A stretch of 64,000 nt of DNA, taken from contig CAYUBI010000001.1 of NCBI GenBank assembly GCA_964443005.1, positions 2,901-66,900 of the forward strand, given 5' to 3'. The position numbers and the translations under genes were made by a program. This DNA comes from an uncultured Candidatus Marinamargulisbacteria bacterium. GTDB taxonomy: Bacteria > Margulisbacteria > Riflemargulisbacteria > GWF2-35-9 > CAYUBI01. Position 1 is the stretch's first letter. Each line of letters starts with the position of its first letter. Of this stretch, positions 17,668-28,456 are shown in pieces. The notes below the pieces were generated by a model. That model had not been told where the DNA came from. It searched no databases and saw nothing but the letters and a program-made list of their open reading frames with translations.

Positions 17668-18516
17668 ATGGAGATTTCTGTAGTCCTTCTTTTGGTTATT
17701 GTGATGTTCAGCTTTTTTGGAACATCTGGACAATCAGCAGGAACCTCGTATTATGCGGATTATCAAAAGAAAAGAGCAGCTTATTCAACGTTAATAGATA
17801 GAAATTCACCCACAACTAATATTTCAGTAACATCTTCATCTGGGGATCAAAAAGGTCAAGTAAATGTATCTGCAACTCCAATTTATCGCATTCCTGTTTC
17901 GAATGTCGCATCAAATATGTCTTATAAAGATTACGAAGTCATTTCATCAGAAGATAACTCGGGTTCAAACCCGCTTAATTATCAACTAGATTATAGTTTG
18001 GTTACTTCATCACTAAAAATGAATGATTATCAAAAAATTTCCAGCTATATCCTCATGAAATATAAAAGTGTTCCACTCGAAGATGCACTCCAAATTGCTG
18101 AAGCTATTGTGACATATTCCGCACAAGTCAGCTTAGACCCAAAACTTGTAGCTGCCGTAGTTGCAGTTGAATCTGAATTTAATAAAAAAGCGATTTCACC
18201 CACTGGGGCAAAAGGGTTAGGGCAAATTAAAGACTTCAACTATCACGATTTACGCATTATTGACCCCTTTGATATTGGACAAAACGTCAAAGGAACAGCT
18301 TTTTATCTTCGCGAAAAGTTTTCTCATTGGAAAAAAGAAGAAGACCAGCTTCTTCTTGGTTTCGCATCCTATTACGAGGGTTACAATTCTGTAAAACGAG
18401 CCGGGAAAAAAGTTAGAGAGGATACCAAACAATATGTAGAAATGATTATGAAACGATATAGTGATATTTGTTCTCCAAAATGGATTGCAGATACAGGGAA
18501 TAAAAATAAATCATAA
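17668..18516 (+). CDS. Secreted lytic transglycosylase (SLT) domain protein
   Basis: Signal peptide present. ESEFNKKAISPTGAKGLGQI matches the SLT E-S motif. Confidence 0.55.
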   Translation: MEISVVLLLVIVMFSFFGTSGQSAGTSYYADYQKKRAAYSTLIDRNSPTTNISVTSSSGDQKGQVNVSATPIYRIPVSNVASNMSYKDYEVISSEDNSGSNPLNYQLDYSLVTSSLKMNDYQKISSYILMKYKSVPLEDALQIAEAIVTYSAQVSLDPKLVAAVVAVESEFNKKAISPTGAKGLGQIKDFNYHDLRIIDPFDIGQNVKGTAFYLREKFSHWKKEEDQLLLGFASYYEGYNSVKRAGKKVREDTKQYVEMIMKRYSDICSPKWIADTGNKNKS

Positions 18517-18517
18517 T

Positions 18518-19585
18518 ATGAAAAGGGCTTATGTTGAAATTGATTTGGTTAAAATTGCAAAAAATATTCGGCAAATTCAATCAGGATTAAAATCTAAAAC
18601 ACATTTAATGGCTGTAGTAAAAGCGGATGGTTATGGGCATGGCGCATCTGAAATTGCAAATATTGCTTTAGCCAATGGAGCAACTTACTTAGGTGTAGCT
18701 TGGGTTATGGAAGCTGCTGAACTACGTAGCCGAGGCATTACTTCTCCAATTTTAATTCTATCTGAACCCACAACTGATTTATCTTACGACATTCTTGCAT
18801 TAAATCTAACACAAACAGTTTATACTTATCAATATGCAGAATTGCTGTCGCAAAAAGCCAAAGAACTTAACAAAATTGCAAAAATTCATATCAAAGTTGA
18901 TACAGGAATGAATCGAATTGGAATAGCAGTCAATGATGTATTATCACTCATTGATGCAGTTAAGCATCTTGAAAATATTGAATTGGAAGGAGTATTTACG
19001 CATTTCCCATCTGCAGATGAACCCAAGGATTCTAAAACCCTAGAACAAATTAATGATTTTGAAACGTGCATCACCTTATGTAAACAACATTATCCTACAA
19101 TTCGCTATTTTCATATGGCCAATTCTGCAGGAACCAAACATTATCCGCAATCTCATTTAGACATGATTCGTATTGGACATGACTTGTATTCAGGCGCGCT
19201 ATCATTTAAGAGTAAGGTAGCATATATTCATGACGCAACTCAAGGTGAAACAGTTAGCTATGGACGTACGCACGAATTAGCCAAACCAACGTGCATTGCT
19301 ACGATTAGTGTCGGATATGCAGATGGATTTCCACGCGCACTTTCCAATTGCGGCCACGTTATTATTCATGGGAAAAAATATCCTATTGTCGGACGTATTT
19401 GTATGGATATGACAATGGTTGACATTGGATATACCCATGACATAAAAATTGGAGATACAGTCACACTTATTGGCTACGAAGCCCCTTGTAGCATTGATAT
19501 TCACGAGGTAGCTTCCTTGTCAAAAACAATTGATTATGAGATTATGTGCGGTATCGGTAAACGTGTTCCGAGGATATATATATGA
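18518..19585 (+). CDS. alr: Alanine racemase
   Basis: AVVKADGYGHG is the PLP-lysine motif. Start at MKRAYVEIDL. The ORF-track start at 18461 overlaps the upstream gene. Confidence 0.8.
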   Translation: MKRAYVEIDLVKIAKNIRQIQSGLKSKTHLMAVVKADGYGHGASEIANIALANGATYLGVAWVMEAAELRSRGITSPILILSEPTTDLSYDILALNLTQTVYTYQYAELLSQKAKELNKIAKIHIKVDTGMNRIGIAVNDVLSLIDAVKHLENIELEGVFTHFPSADEPKDSKTLEQINDFETCITLCKQHYPTIRYFHMANSAGTKHYPQSHLDMIRIGHDLYSGALSFKSKVAYIHDATQGETVSYGRTHELAKPTCIATISVGYADGFPRALSNCGHVIIHGKKYPIVGRICMDMTMVDIGYTHDIKIGDTVTLIGYEAPCSIDIHEVASLSKTIDYEIMCGIGKRVPRIYI

Positions 19586-21312
19586 CCTACATTTCCCTTT
19601 ATCGAAAATATCGATCTGCTAATTTTGAAACTCTAGTTGGCCAAGAAACTGTAGTACAAACTCTGAAAAATGCAGTTTCAAATCATCGTATCTCTCATGC
19701 CTATTTATTTTCTGGACCTAGGGGAACTGGAAAAACTTCGACAGCTCGAATTTTCGCAAAAATGTTAGAATGCGAAAAAGGACCCACAACCCATCCCTGT
19801 GGAATATGCTTTGCCTGTACTGGAATTACCCAAGGAACTTTGGTTGACGTTTTAGAAATTGATGCAGCAAGCAATACAAGTGTTGAAAATATTCGAGAAA
19901 TTCGAGAACGCGTTAATTTTTTTCCAGCTATGGCTAGAATGAAAATATACATTATTGACGAAGTTCATATGCTAAGTACGTCCGCTTTCAACGCCTTACT
20001 CAAAACATTGGAAGAACCCCCTGAAAACGTAGTATTCATTCTTGCAACAACAAATCCGCAAAAATTGCCTGCTACAGTTATTAGTCGATGTCAAAAACTT
20101 GATTTTACTCGAATCCCACTTGATCAAATTATGGCACGATTATCCTTTATTGCTACTAGCGAAAGCGTAGCTATTGATACTGCCTCTTTACGATTAATGG
20201 CAAAAAAATCAGAAGGTTGTATGCGCGATGCTATTTCGATTTTAGATCAAGTTATTTCATATAGTCCAACGCAAATAGTTATTGAAGATGTTCTTGCTGT
20301 ACTCGGTGTCGTAAATCAAGAAGAACTATATTTACTCATTCATGCAATTTTATACAATCAACCCATAATTGTTTCGGAAACACTAGAACACATGGCCTTT
20401 TCTGGAAAAAGTGCGCAATCAATTTTAAAAGATATTATTGATTATTGTCGAGCTATGCTCTTAGTCAAAACCGGACATCAACATAGGTTAGACTATGCTG
20501 ATGATGACATTAAAAAAATCCAGAGTCTAGTCTCAAAGCTGGAAATATCTCAGCTTTTACTTCTACTTAAAACGCTTTCAGAAACAATGAATGCTATTCG
20601 ATATTCTGAAGACGCACAAATCATCCTTGAAGTTGAACTTCTGGCACTTTTATATCAATTTTTATTGCCAACGATGCCTGCAACGATTCCCAACGAAGAA
20701 CAAAAAAGTCAAAACACACGTGTGAAGGAGACTCTACTATTTCCAGTGGATTCAACACCTATAACTGCTCCAATTACGCTCAGCGAAAGAAACAAACCTT
20801 CTTTAAAAAAAGAACTAGATAAAAATAAAGAAACTGTTTTACCACTTCAACATAAAGAAGAAATTATAATTCCTGGAGAATTAAGCCTTATCACGCTTAA
20901 ACATCATTTTACTGAAATCCTCAATAAAGTAAAAGAACGGAAAATGTCGCTGTATGCACTTTTTTGCGAAGCAGTGCCTTATCAGGTTAATCAACATCAT
21001 ATTCAATTTTCATTTCGGTCCGGGTTTCATTATCATTGTGAACGACTGAATCAAACAATCAACCGTGAATTAATTGGACAAGTAGTAACCGAAATTTTCA
21101 ATCAATCTGCAACAGTTGAATTCATTATATTAGGCGAAACAATCGTTCCAGCAGCAGAGAAAAAAGCAACTGAATCAACCAAAAATCCAATCAAAGAAGC
21201 TGTACCTAAAGAAATAAAGAAAAAAAAAGAAACTACAATGAACGAAACTAATTCAGATTCATTATTTAATGCTAGTGAACTCGCAGATATTTTTGGTGGC
21301 AAAGTGTTATAA
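19582..21312 (+). CDS. dnaX: DNA polymerase III subunit tau/gamma
   Basis: GPRGTGKTS Walker A. Zinc module CGICFACTG. SRCQ box VIII. Confidence 0.85.
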   Translation: MTYISLYRKYRSANFETLVGQETVVQTLKNAVSNHRISHAYLFSGPRGTGKTSTARIFAKMLECEKGPTTHPCGICFACTGITQGTLVDVLEIDAASNTSVENIREIRERVNFFPAMARMKIYIIDEVHMLSTSAFNALLKTLEEPPENVVFILATTNPQKLPATVISRCQKLDFTRIPLDQIMARLSFIATSESVAIDTASLRLMAKKSEGCMRDAISILDQVISYSPTQIVIEDVLAVLGVVNQEELYLLIHAILYNQPIIVSETLEHMAFSGKSAQSILKDIIDYCRAMLLVKTGHQHRLDYADDDIKKIQSLVSKLEISQLLLLLKTLSETMNAIRYSEDAQIILEVELLALLYQFLLPTMPATIPNEEQKSQNTRVKETLLFPVDSTPITAPITLSERNKPSLKKELDKNKETVLPLQHKEEIIIPGELSLITLKHHFTEILNKVKERKMSLYALFCEAVPYQVNQHHIQFSFRSGFHYHCERLNQTINRELIGQVVTEIFNQSATVEFIILGETIVPAAEKKATESTKNPIKEAVPKEIKKKKETTMNETNSDSLFNASELADIFGGKVL

Positions 21313-21337
21313 TACTAAAAAATTTAGGAGGATAATT

Positions 21338-21637
21338 ATGTTTGGAGACATGGGCAAAATGATGCAACAGTTATCAAGTATGAAAAAACAAATGGGAGAA
21401 GTGCAAAGCGAACTTAAAAAAGTAGTTGTTACAGTTACAGAAGGCAATATCACACTAACAATGAACGGTGAAATGGATTTACTAGATGTTGTAGTTAAAG
21501 AAGCCAATGATCCCATTCGTTTAGCAAAAGATATTAAAAAAGCATTTAGCAAAGCCATGGGCGATATTAAAAAACAATCCGCAGGAAAATTATCAGGAAT
21601 AACCAAAGGACTAGGACTTAATCTTCCTGGTATGTAA
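21338..21637 (+). CDS. ybaB: Nucleoid-associated protein YbaB/EbfC
   Basis: Position between dnaX and recR. MFGDMGKMMQQL... with RBS GGAGG. Confidence 0.75.
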   Translation: MFGDMGKMMQQLSSMKKQMGEVQSELKKVVVTVTEGNITLTMNGEMDLLDVVVKEANDPIRLAKDIKKAFSKAMGDIKKQSAGKLSGITKGLGLNLPGM

Positions 21638-21640
21638 AGG

Positions 21641-22237
21641 TTGAAAAATCTAGGCCCTATTACAGATCTAGTTCATGCGTTTAATCGTATGCCAGGTATC
21701 GGACAGAAATCTGCACAACGACTTGCATTTTATATACTTAGTTTGCCAATTAAAGATGTCCAAACTATTGCAACTACATTCGTAGATGTTCGAAAACGTA
21801 TTCAATATTGTAGTATTTGCTGGAATTTATCTTTAACCGAAAAATGTGATATTTGTAATGATTCATCGCGAGATCCATCTATTATTTGCGTAGTTGATGA
21901 TCCCAAAAACATGTTAGCAATTGAAAAAACAAATCATTTTAAAGGTCACTATCATATTTTAGGTGGCGTAATTTCTCCCTTAGATCGAATTGGACCTGAG
22001 CAATTACGAATCAAAGAGCTGCTGCAACGACTTAGAACCGATGCTGTCAAAGAAATTATATTAGCGTTTAATCCAAGTATCGAAAGCGAATCAACTATAC
22101 TTTATCTTGCAAGGCTGATTCAGCCTTTAGGCCTGACAATTACGCGAATTGCTTGTGGCGTGCCTATGGGCAGTGACTTGGAATATGCTGATGAATTTAC
22201 TTTAGGCAAATCATTGGATGGTCGCATTAATGCCTAA
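21641..22237 (+). CDS. recR: Recombination protein RecR
   Basis: HhH motif PGIGQKSAQRLAF. C4 zinc finger CSICWNLSLTEKCDIC. Toprim domain. TTG start. Confidence 0.85.
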   Translation: MKNLGPITDLVHAFNRMPGIGQKSAQRLAFYILSLPIKDVQTIATTFVDVRKRIQYCSICWNLSLTEKCDICNDSSRDPSIICVVDDPKNMLAIEKTNHFKGHYHILGGVISPLDRIGPEQLRIKELLQRLRTDAVKEIILAFNPSIESESTILYLARLIQPLGLTITRIACGVPMGSDLEYADEFTLGKSLDGRINA

Positions 22238-22856
22238 AGGAATGTTAATTAGCTTTGAAGGTGCAGATGGCAGTGGCAAAACAACGCAAATGAAACTCCT
22301 TGAGAATTATCTAATAGCAAACAATTACAAGGTAACTTCAACGCGAGAACCTGGCGGAACTGAATATGGGAAACGAATTCGTGATCTTTTACTAACGCCC
22401 ACGTTACACAGCATGGCACCCTTAACTGAAATTTTTTTATTCATGGCAGACAGAGCACAACATGTGCAAGATATTATCAGACCTAGCTTAGAAAAAGGAC
22501 ATATTGTTCTTTGCGATCGTTTTACTGACTCGACCTTGGCTTATCAAGCTGGCGGACGATTATTCGATGCTGGGTGGCTGATGGACCTTAATCAACGCAC
22601 TACGCAAAATCTATCTCCGGATTTAACTCTATTATTTGATGTATCTTACGAATCCAGTTTGAAACGTACACAGCATCGCCCAATTATCGATCGATTTGAA
22701 CAAGAACATCGTTCATTTTTTGAACAAGTGCGAGCATATTACCTATATTTAGCAGAACAACAACCTAAGCGCTTTATCACAATGTTAACAGATACACAAA
22801 GTATTGAAGCCATTCAAGAACAAATCATCACTCAACTTAAAAAAAGATTGCTCTAA
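22230..22856 (+). CDS. tmk: Thymidylate kinase
   Basis: ISFEGADGSGKTTQ P-loop. DRFTDSTLAYQ motif. Confidence 0.8.
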   Translation: MPKGMLISFEGADGSGKTTQMKLLENYLIANNYKVTSTREPGGTEYGKRIRDLLLTPTLHSMAPLTEIFLFMADRAQHVQDIIRPSLEKGHIVLCDRFTDSTLAYQAGGRLFDAGWLMDLNQRTTQNLSPDLTLLFDVSYESSLKRTQHRPIIDRFEQEHRSFFEQVRAYYLYLAEQQPKRFITMLTDTQSIEAIQEQIITQLKKRLL

Positions 22857-22858
22857 TC

Positions 22859-23680
22859 ATGAATACTATTTTGGTGCATCAACCCCATATTAAAGAACGA
22901 CTGGATCGTTTAATACAAAATCAACGCATCAGCCATGCATATTTATTTGAAGGAAATGCACCACAAGATCAACTTGACGCAGCTAAATACCTAGCAAAAA
23001 GTCTTCGATGTCAATCTACAGATCAACATCCCTGCCTAAAATGTAAAAGCTGTCAGGAAATTGATCGCGAAAACGGACTATCATTTACAATTATTGCTCC
23101 TTCAACAAATCGCAGCATTAAAGTAGAAGACATTCATGATCTTCAACAGGGTGGGGGCTTATCGCCATGGCAACAAGGAGCTTCGGTTATATTTATTCAA
23201 GATGCACACACCTTTACAGATGAAGCAGCCAACGCTTTCCTTAAAACACTTGAAGAACCTACCCAATCTATTATCTTTATACTTACAGTAAAACAAGTTC
23301 ATGATGTACTACCTACAATTCAATCTCGATGTCAGATCATGCATTTTTCTGAACATAACGACGCTATCATCGATTTTTTAACTCCAGAGGAACTTGAATT
23401 TATTGCTTTCATGATTACAATAAACAATGAAACACAAAATCTAGAATCTATTTTTAATTTTACGGAAAAGCATACGCTAACTTCATTACAACTGAATCAG
23501 CTTTTGGGGTATTTAATGCGCTTAGTTCATGCTAAAATAAACAGTAAACTTCACGATGTAGTCGCTAGCAATCGTTTGATGTATCAATTTCAGATGCTTC
23601 GTTCTTACCAAAAGCGGCTCCATCGCCCAGTAAATATTAAACATACTTTTGCAGCTGCACTTATGGAGTTAACATCATGA
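22859..23680 (+). CDS. holB: DNA polymerase III delta-prime subunit
   Basis: FLKTLEEP and SRCQ motifs. A zinc-binding Cys cluster is also present. Confidence 0.75.
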   Translation: MNTILVHQPHIKERLDRLIQNQRISHAYLFEGNAPQDQLDAAKYLAKSLRCQSTDQHPCLKCKSCQEIDRENGLSFTIIAPSTNRSIKVEDIHDLQQGGGLSPWQQGASVIFIQDAHTFTDEAANAFLKTLEEPTQSIIFILTVKQVHDVLPTIQSRCQIMHFSEHNDAIIDFLTPEELEFIAFMITINNETQNLESIFNFTEKHTLTSLQLNQLLGYLMRLVHAKINSKLHDVVASNRLMYQFQMLRSYQKRLHRPVNIKHTFAAALMELTS

Positions 23681-24429
23681 CCGATGAAAATGAATTAGAT
23701 ACACAATATAATTGCGAAGAAAAAAAACTAGGCTATAATATTTATGTTGGAGTTAAACTAAAAACTTTTGATAAAGTTTATCCTATTATGCGCATTAATC
23801 TTCCAGTCAAACTGAATGATTTAGTTGTCGTAGTTACGAGTAATGGTGAAGCATTAGGACAAATTGTCCTTAACAAACAATGTAGCAAACAACTTGAACA
23901 TGTAAAATCCGATTTTCAAGTCAAACGAATTGTTCGTATTGCTACGCCTGAAGATGTTGAAAAAGATATTCAATTAGAATTGCTTAGAAACCAGCGATTT
24001 GTTGATGCTCAAAAAATAATTCGATCTATGAAACTCCCCATTCGTTTATTACTTGTTGAAATTCCTTTTGATGAACGAAAAACAATACTTTATTATAAAA
24101 AAGAAGATTCAAAAAACAAAATACCTGCTAAAAAAAATCATATTCCTGCACTTACAACAGAATTAGAAACCTCATTAAATACAAAAATCGAATTACGTGA
24201 AGTTGGTGCTCGTGGTGAAGCTAAACTTTTTGGTGGAATTGGAGCGTGTGGACGCCCATTATGCTGTGCAGAATGGCTAAACAAAAACAATCCCATTACT
24301 ATTAAAATGGCAAAAGAACAAGGACTGTCAATCAATATCCCCAAATTATCAGGATTATGTGACCGCCTTATGTGTTGTATTGCCTACGAAAAAGATAGTT
24401 ATCAAGATGGAGCATTTAAACATGACTGA
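23677..24429 (+). CDS. PSP1 C-terminal domain protein (YaaT/RicT-like)
   Basis: Conserved position after holB. CC motifs GACGRPLCCAEWL and CDRLMCC. Confidence 0.65.
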   Translation: MTDENELDTQYNCEEKKLGYNIYVGVKLKTFDKVYPIMRINLPVKLNDLVVVVTSNGEALGQIVLNKQCSKQLEHVKSDFQVKRIVRIATPEDVEKDIQLELLRNQRFVDAQKIIRSMKLPIRLLLVEIPFDERKTILYYKKEDSKNKIPAKKNHIPALTTELETSLNTKIELREVGARGEAKLFGGIGACGRPLCCAEWLNKNNPITIKMAKEQGLSINIPKLSGLCDRLMCCIAYEKDSYQDGAFKHD

Positions 24430-24757
24430 TTGTATTTTTTGTAAAATAATTAACGGAACTATTTCGTCAAAACCAATTTATAAAGATGATCACTTTTTTG
24501 TTATTCCAGATATCGACGCACAATCTCCTCAACATTATTTATTTATTTCTTGCAAACATTATGCTAACATACTAAAAGCACCAGATACAATTGGAGTACA
24601 CATGATGAAATCATTAAAAGAGGTAGCGACATTACTCAATATCGAAAAAGATGGATTTCGTGTAGTAACCAATATCAACGAAAATGGCGGGCAAAGTGTG
24701 CCACATTTTCATGTACATGTGTTAGCCGGTCGTCAAATGAAATGGCCGCCTGGATAA
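24422..24757 (+). CDS. HIT family (histidine triad) protein
   Basis: Start MTDCIFCKII. Triad HFHVHVL. Its ATG overlaps the upstream stop (ATGACTGA). Confidence 0.7.
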   Translation: MTDCIFCKIINGTISSKPIYKDDHFFVIPDIDAQSPQHYLFISCKHYANILKAPDTIGVHMMKSLKEVATLLNIEKDGFRVVTNINENGGQSVPHFHVHVLAGRQMKWPPG

Positions 24758-24785
24758 AAAATTTAATGTATTGGAGGTTAGAACC

Positions 24786-24986
24786 GTGGCTGAGACTTAT
24801 CGTCAACCGAACGAACCCTTAGATAAAGTACTACGTAAATTTAAGCGTCAATTAAAATCCGAAGGACTGATTGAGGAACTAAAAAAACGCGAATATTTTG
24901 AAAAACCAAGTGTAACAAAAAAACGCGAAATGTCTGCAGCAGTTAGACGCAACAAAACGCGCCAACTGCAAGAGGATGCGTGGTAA
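24786..24986 (+). CDS. rpsU: 30S ribosomal protein S21
   Basis: RKFKR...YFEKPS...KKR pattern. A GTG start with GGAGG 9 nt upstream gives a canonical-length protein. The ORF-track TTG at 24771 is the alternative. Confidence 0.7.
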   Translation: MAETYRQPNEPLDKVLRKFKRQLKSEGLIEELKKREYFEKPSVTKKREMSAAVRRNKTRQLQEDAW

Positions 24987-26074
24987 AACTTCTTGATAAA
25001 TATCTGCTAAAAGAAGCATTTTTTGCTTTCTTCTTTGCAGTTATTGGATTTATTCTTATTGGACTCGTTGATACGCTATTTACCCTGATTGATTTATTTG
25101 TTAATCGGGGGGTAGCGTTTTTGCTAGTTTGTAAATTGCTCGCCTTTCGCATTCCCTCGATTATCATATTATTTTTACCCATGGCTATTCTCTTTTCCGT
25201 TATGTTATTATTTATTCGAATTGCAAAAGATAATGAACTAACGATTTTACGATCCAGTGGTATTTCGCTAGGCCGGATTCTTTGTCCGGTAATGATATTC
25301 ATGCTAGGAATATCATTTTTATCTTTCTATTTAGATAGTTATCTGGTTCCTTGGAGCAACTATGTTTCAAATGAACTCATTCGAAAAGTCGTATTAAAAG
25401 ACCCTCAACCTGACATCACGGAACGAATTTTCTTTAAAGATACCCAAAATCGATTTTTCTATATTGATCATGTAGACTTGAAATCTCATCTTTATTCCCA
25501 GGTTATGATTTATGAAACTTGTGGAACGTATCCACGAGTTATCCTTGCCAAGTTTGCTCAATGGCAACAAAATCAATGGGTACTACGTGATGGAAAAATT
25601 CATCGATATAATGACCAAGGATATTTATCTTATGATATGGCGTTTCAGGAAATGACAATTGACGTAAATTATAATCCAGAACAATTTTTTAATAAACAAA
25701 AAAGCAGCTACGAAATGAGCGCAAAAGAACTTCAAACACAAATTAAAATGTTTAAGCAAGGCGGCATTTCTACAACTCGCTTAGCTGTAGACTATCATAT
25801 GAAATTCAGTTTTGCAGGAGCAAGTTTTATTTTTGGTATGATTGGATTAATGTTAACATCTATTTTGGTTCGCAGCGGAAAAGATTGGTGGAAAGTAATC
25901 ACTGCAGTTCTATTAGCATTGTTATGTGTGGGCTTTTACTTTTTTTTAATGGCTTTTTTTCGTTCCTTTGGATATGGGGGGATGATTTCACCACTATGGG
26001 CAGCTTGGACACCTAACTTGATTTTTGGCAGTATCGGCGGTATCGTATTAATACATGAAGTGATATATCGATGA
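24980..26074 (+). CDS. LptF/LptG family LPS export permease (YjgP/YjgQ)
   Basis: Six TM helices with a periplasmic beta-jellyroll insert. The N-terminal motif has the general form L.+Y..+E......+.....L..I......+; family-level match. Confidence 0.6.
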   Translation: MVKLLDKYLLKEAFFAFFFAVIGFILIGLVDTLFTLIDLFVNRGVAFLLVCKLLAFRIPSIIILFLPMAILFSVMLLFIRIAKDNELTILRSSGISLGRILCPVMIFMLGISFLSFYLDSYLVPWSNYVSNELIRKVVLKDPQPDITERIFFKDTQNRFFYIDHVDLKSHLYSQVMIYETCGTYPRVILAKFAQWQQNQWVLRDGKIHRYNDQGYLSYDMAFQEMTIDVNYNPEQFFNKQKSSYEMSAKELQTQIKMFKQGGISTTRLAVDYHMKFSFAGASFIFGMIGLMLTSILVRSGKDWWKVITAVLLALLCVGFYFFLMAFFRSFGYGGMISPLWAAWTPNLIFGSIGGIVLIHEVIYR

Positions 26075-26087
26075 AAGGAACTCGGAG

Positions 26088-26507
26088 ATGAACGTTCTTG
26101 TACTAAATGGTCCAAATTTGAATATGTTAGGTCAACGCGAACCTGAAATTTATGGAACTCAAACATTAAAGGATTTGGAAAATGAATTAAAAACAGCATA
26201 TAAACAAATTTCGTTTGAATGGTTTCAATCAAATCACGAAGGCACCTTGATTGATCGAATTCAAACCACAATTCATGAATCATGGAATGGGCTCATTATC
26301 AATCCTGGAGCACTCACACATTACTCTATTTCATTACACGATGCACTCAAACTTTTATCTATCCCCATTATTGAAGTTCACTTGTCAAATATTTATTCGC
26401 GAGAATCTTTTCGCCACCATTCCGTAATTTCTCCACTAACAAAAGGCGTTATTTGCGGATTTGGATTTAAAAGCTATCATTTAGCAATTCAAGCGCTTAT
26501 ATCATGA
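26088..26507 (+). CDS. aroQ: 3-dehydroquinate dehydratase type II
   Basis: NGPNLNMLG...NPGA.THYS motifs. Length 139 aa. Confidence 0.8.
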   Translation: MNVLVLNGPNLNMLGQREPEIYGTQTLKDLENELKTAYKQISFEWFQSNHEGTLIDRIQTTIHESWNGLIINPGALTHYSISLHDALKLLSIPIIEVHLSNIYSRESFRHHSVISPLTKGVICGFGFKSYHLAIQALIS

Positions 26508-27271
26508 CATGGCAGCATCAGCTATTCAAACAACTTAATCGTTTAAATCATTATTGCGATCAATATTTCGAAATAAAATCAACTGCTGAAATTCTACTCA
26601 TTCAAAAAGCTTGCGCTATTACTGTTGATATTTTTCAAACAATTATTCATGAACTTGACGAAAACCGAACAGAACTTGACATTGCTTCCAAAATGAAAAA
26701 ACTTGCATTAGCAAAAGGCGCAGATGACATGGCCTTTACGACTATAGTTGCCTGCGGAAACCGAACATCTTTAGTGCATGCAGATGCATCAACAAACAAG
26801 CTACAACGAAATTCATTAATCATGTTTGATTTTGGTGTTGTAGTCCGCGGCTATCATAGCGATCTAACCCGTACAATTTTTTGGGGAAAACAAAAAAAAA
26901 TAGAAAAAAAACAATTTGAACTATATCAACTGGTAGCAACAGCACAATTAGAAGCTTTAAAAATGATTCGCGCAGGCGTATATGTAAAAGACATTGATGA
27001 ACACGTTCGTTGGCTTTTTAGTAAACATAAACTTGAAAATTGTTTTCCTCATTCTTTAGGTCATGGTGTAGGCCTTCGAATTCACGAATCGCCTAGAATA
27101 TCCAATAAAAACATGGAGGCTCAACTAAAAGCTGGCATGGTCATTACTATTGAACCAGGCCTATATATTCCTGAAAAATATGGAATTCGAATTGAAGATA
27201 CCCTTGTCGTGACGTCAACTGGTTATAAAAACTTAACCGAAGGCGCTAGTAAGGAGCTGTTTATTGCGTAA
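26504..27271 (+). CDS. M24 family metallopeptidase (Xaa-Pro aminopeptidase/creatinase-type catalytic domain)
   Basis: HSLGHGVGLRIHESP metal ligands. Pita-bread fold length. Confidence 0.65.
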   Translation: MTWQHQLFKQLNRLNHYCDQYFEIKSTAEILLIQKACAITVDIFQTIIHELDENRTELDIASKMKKLALAKGADDMAFTTIVACGNRTSLVHADASTNKLQRNSLIMFDFGVVVRGYHSDLTRTIFWGKQKKIEKKQFELYQLVATAQLEALKMIRAGVYVKDIDEHVRWLFSKHKLENCFPHSLGHGVGLRIHESPRISNKNMEAQLKAGMVITIEPGLYIPEKYGIRIEDTLVVTSTGYKNLTEGASKELFIA

Positions 27272-27953
27272 TCATGTAATCATTGCAGCTGGAGGAACTG
27301 GATCCAGACTCGGTCAAGCCAAAGGAAAACAATTATTACTCATACACGGCAAACCAAGTGTCGTTTGGGCAATCGAAGCTTTTCAAAACTGCCAACAAAT
27401 TCACAATATCATTGTTGTTATTCAAAATGAAGACGTGGCAACAATGAAGCAATTAGTTAACCAATTTTTATTAACAAAAGTTTCTTCCATTATTGTATCA
27501 TCCCCAGTTAGCAGATTTTATTCTGTTAAACAAGGCGTAACAGCTATTCAAGGCGCACAAAAAGATGATAACGTGCTGATTCATGACGGAGCTCGTCCCT
27601 TAATTCAATCTAATACAATTTCTCAACTCATTCAACAAAATGAACCTGCCATTGTTATGGCAACACCTATAACAGATACAATCAAGCAAATCAATAATAA
27701 AAATATTATTGTAGCAACACTAGATCGAGAACAATTGTTTGCAGTTCAAACCCCTCAACTTTTTCAATATGAGATACTAATGAAAGCCTATTCAACAATT
27801 CGGTCAGATCATTTTACTGACGAAGCTGGGTTAGTTGAAGCTCTAGGAATTCCTATCAAAATCTTTCAAGGGCAATCAGATAACCTTAAAATCACAACAT
27901 CCATCGATTTAATAATCGCTGAAAAGAAACTAATGTCATGCGCATTGGCATAG
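27264..27953 (+). CDS. ispD: 2-C-methyl-D-erythritol 4-phosphate cytidylyltransferase
   Basis: IIAAGGTGSRLG motif. Adjacent to ispF. Confidence 0.8.
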   Translation: MRNHVIIAAGGTGSRLGQAKGKQLLLIHGKPSVVWAIEAFQNCQQIHNIIVVIQNEDVATMKQLVNQFLLTKVSSIIVSSPVSRFYSVKQGVTAIQGAQKDDNVLIHDGARPLIQSNTISQLIQQNEPAIVMATPITDTIKQINNKNIIVATLDREQLFAVQTPQLFQYEILMKAYSTIRSDHFTDEAGLVEALGIPIKIFQGQSDNLKITTSIDLIIAEKKLMSCALA

Positions 27954-28423
27954 GCTACGACGTTCACGCATTAGTGCCCAATCGAAAACTTATTCTGGGT
28001 GGCGTTCACATTCCCTTTCCTTTAGGACTTTTAGGGCACAGCGATGCAGATGTACTAATTCACGCAATCATGGATGCACTTCTAGGTGCTGCAGGTCTAG
28101 GTGTTATTGGTGAATTATTTCCAGATACAGATCCTACTTTATTCGGAATTTCATCTCTCATTTTACTGAAAAAAGTACATGATTTATTAATAAAAAAATC
28201 ATTTCAAATAATAAATCTAGATACGATTGTGATTGCGCAAGCTCCAAAAATCATGCCATACAGTGCTGAAATGAAAATATCTATCAGTAAAGTTTTGAAT
28301 ACAGCCCCTGATAATATCAATATAAAGGCAACTACAACTGAAAAACTTGGCTATTTAGGCAGAAGCGAAGGAATTGCAGCAGAAGCAGTTGTTCTGCTTG
28401 AGAAAATATCAGTAAAAGGATAA
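27938..28423 (+). CDS. ispF: 2-C-methyl-D-erythritol 2,4-cyclodiphosphate synthase
   Basis: IGIGYDVHAL...GHSDADVLIHAI...PDTDP. Confidence 0.85.
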   Translation: MRIGIGYDVHALVPNRKLILGGVHIPFPLGLLGHSDADVLIHAIMDALLGAAGLGVIGELFPDTDPTLFGISSLILLKKVHDLLIKKSFQIINLDTIVIAQAPKIMPYSAEMKISISKVLNTAPDNINIKATTTEKLGYLGRSEGIAAEAVVLLEKISVKG

Positions 28424-28456
28424 GATAGTCTTGAGTCAATATAAGGAGAAAATTCT

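Noticed and set aside
28424-28456. glmS ribozyme upstream of glmS, as expected in many Firmicutes
   Set aside because: The intergenic space is only 33 nt, which cannot hold the ribozyme of about 150 nt.
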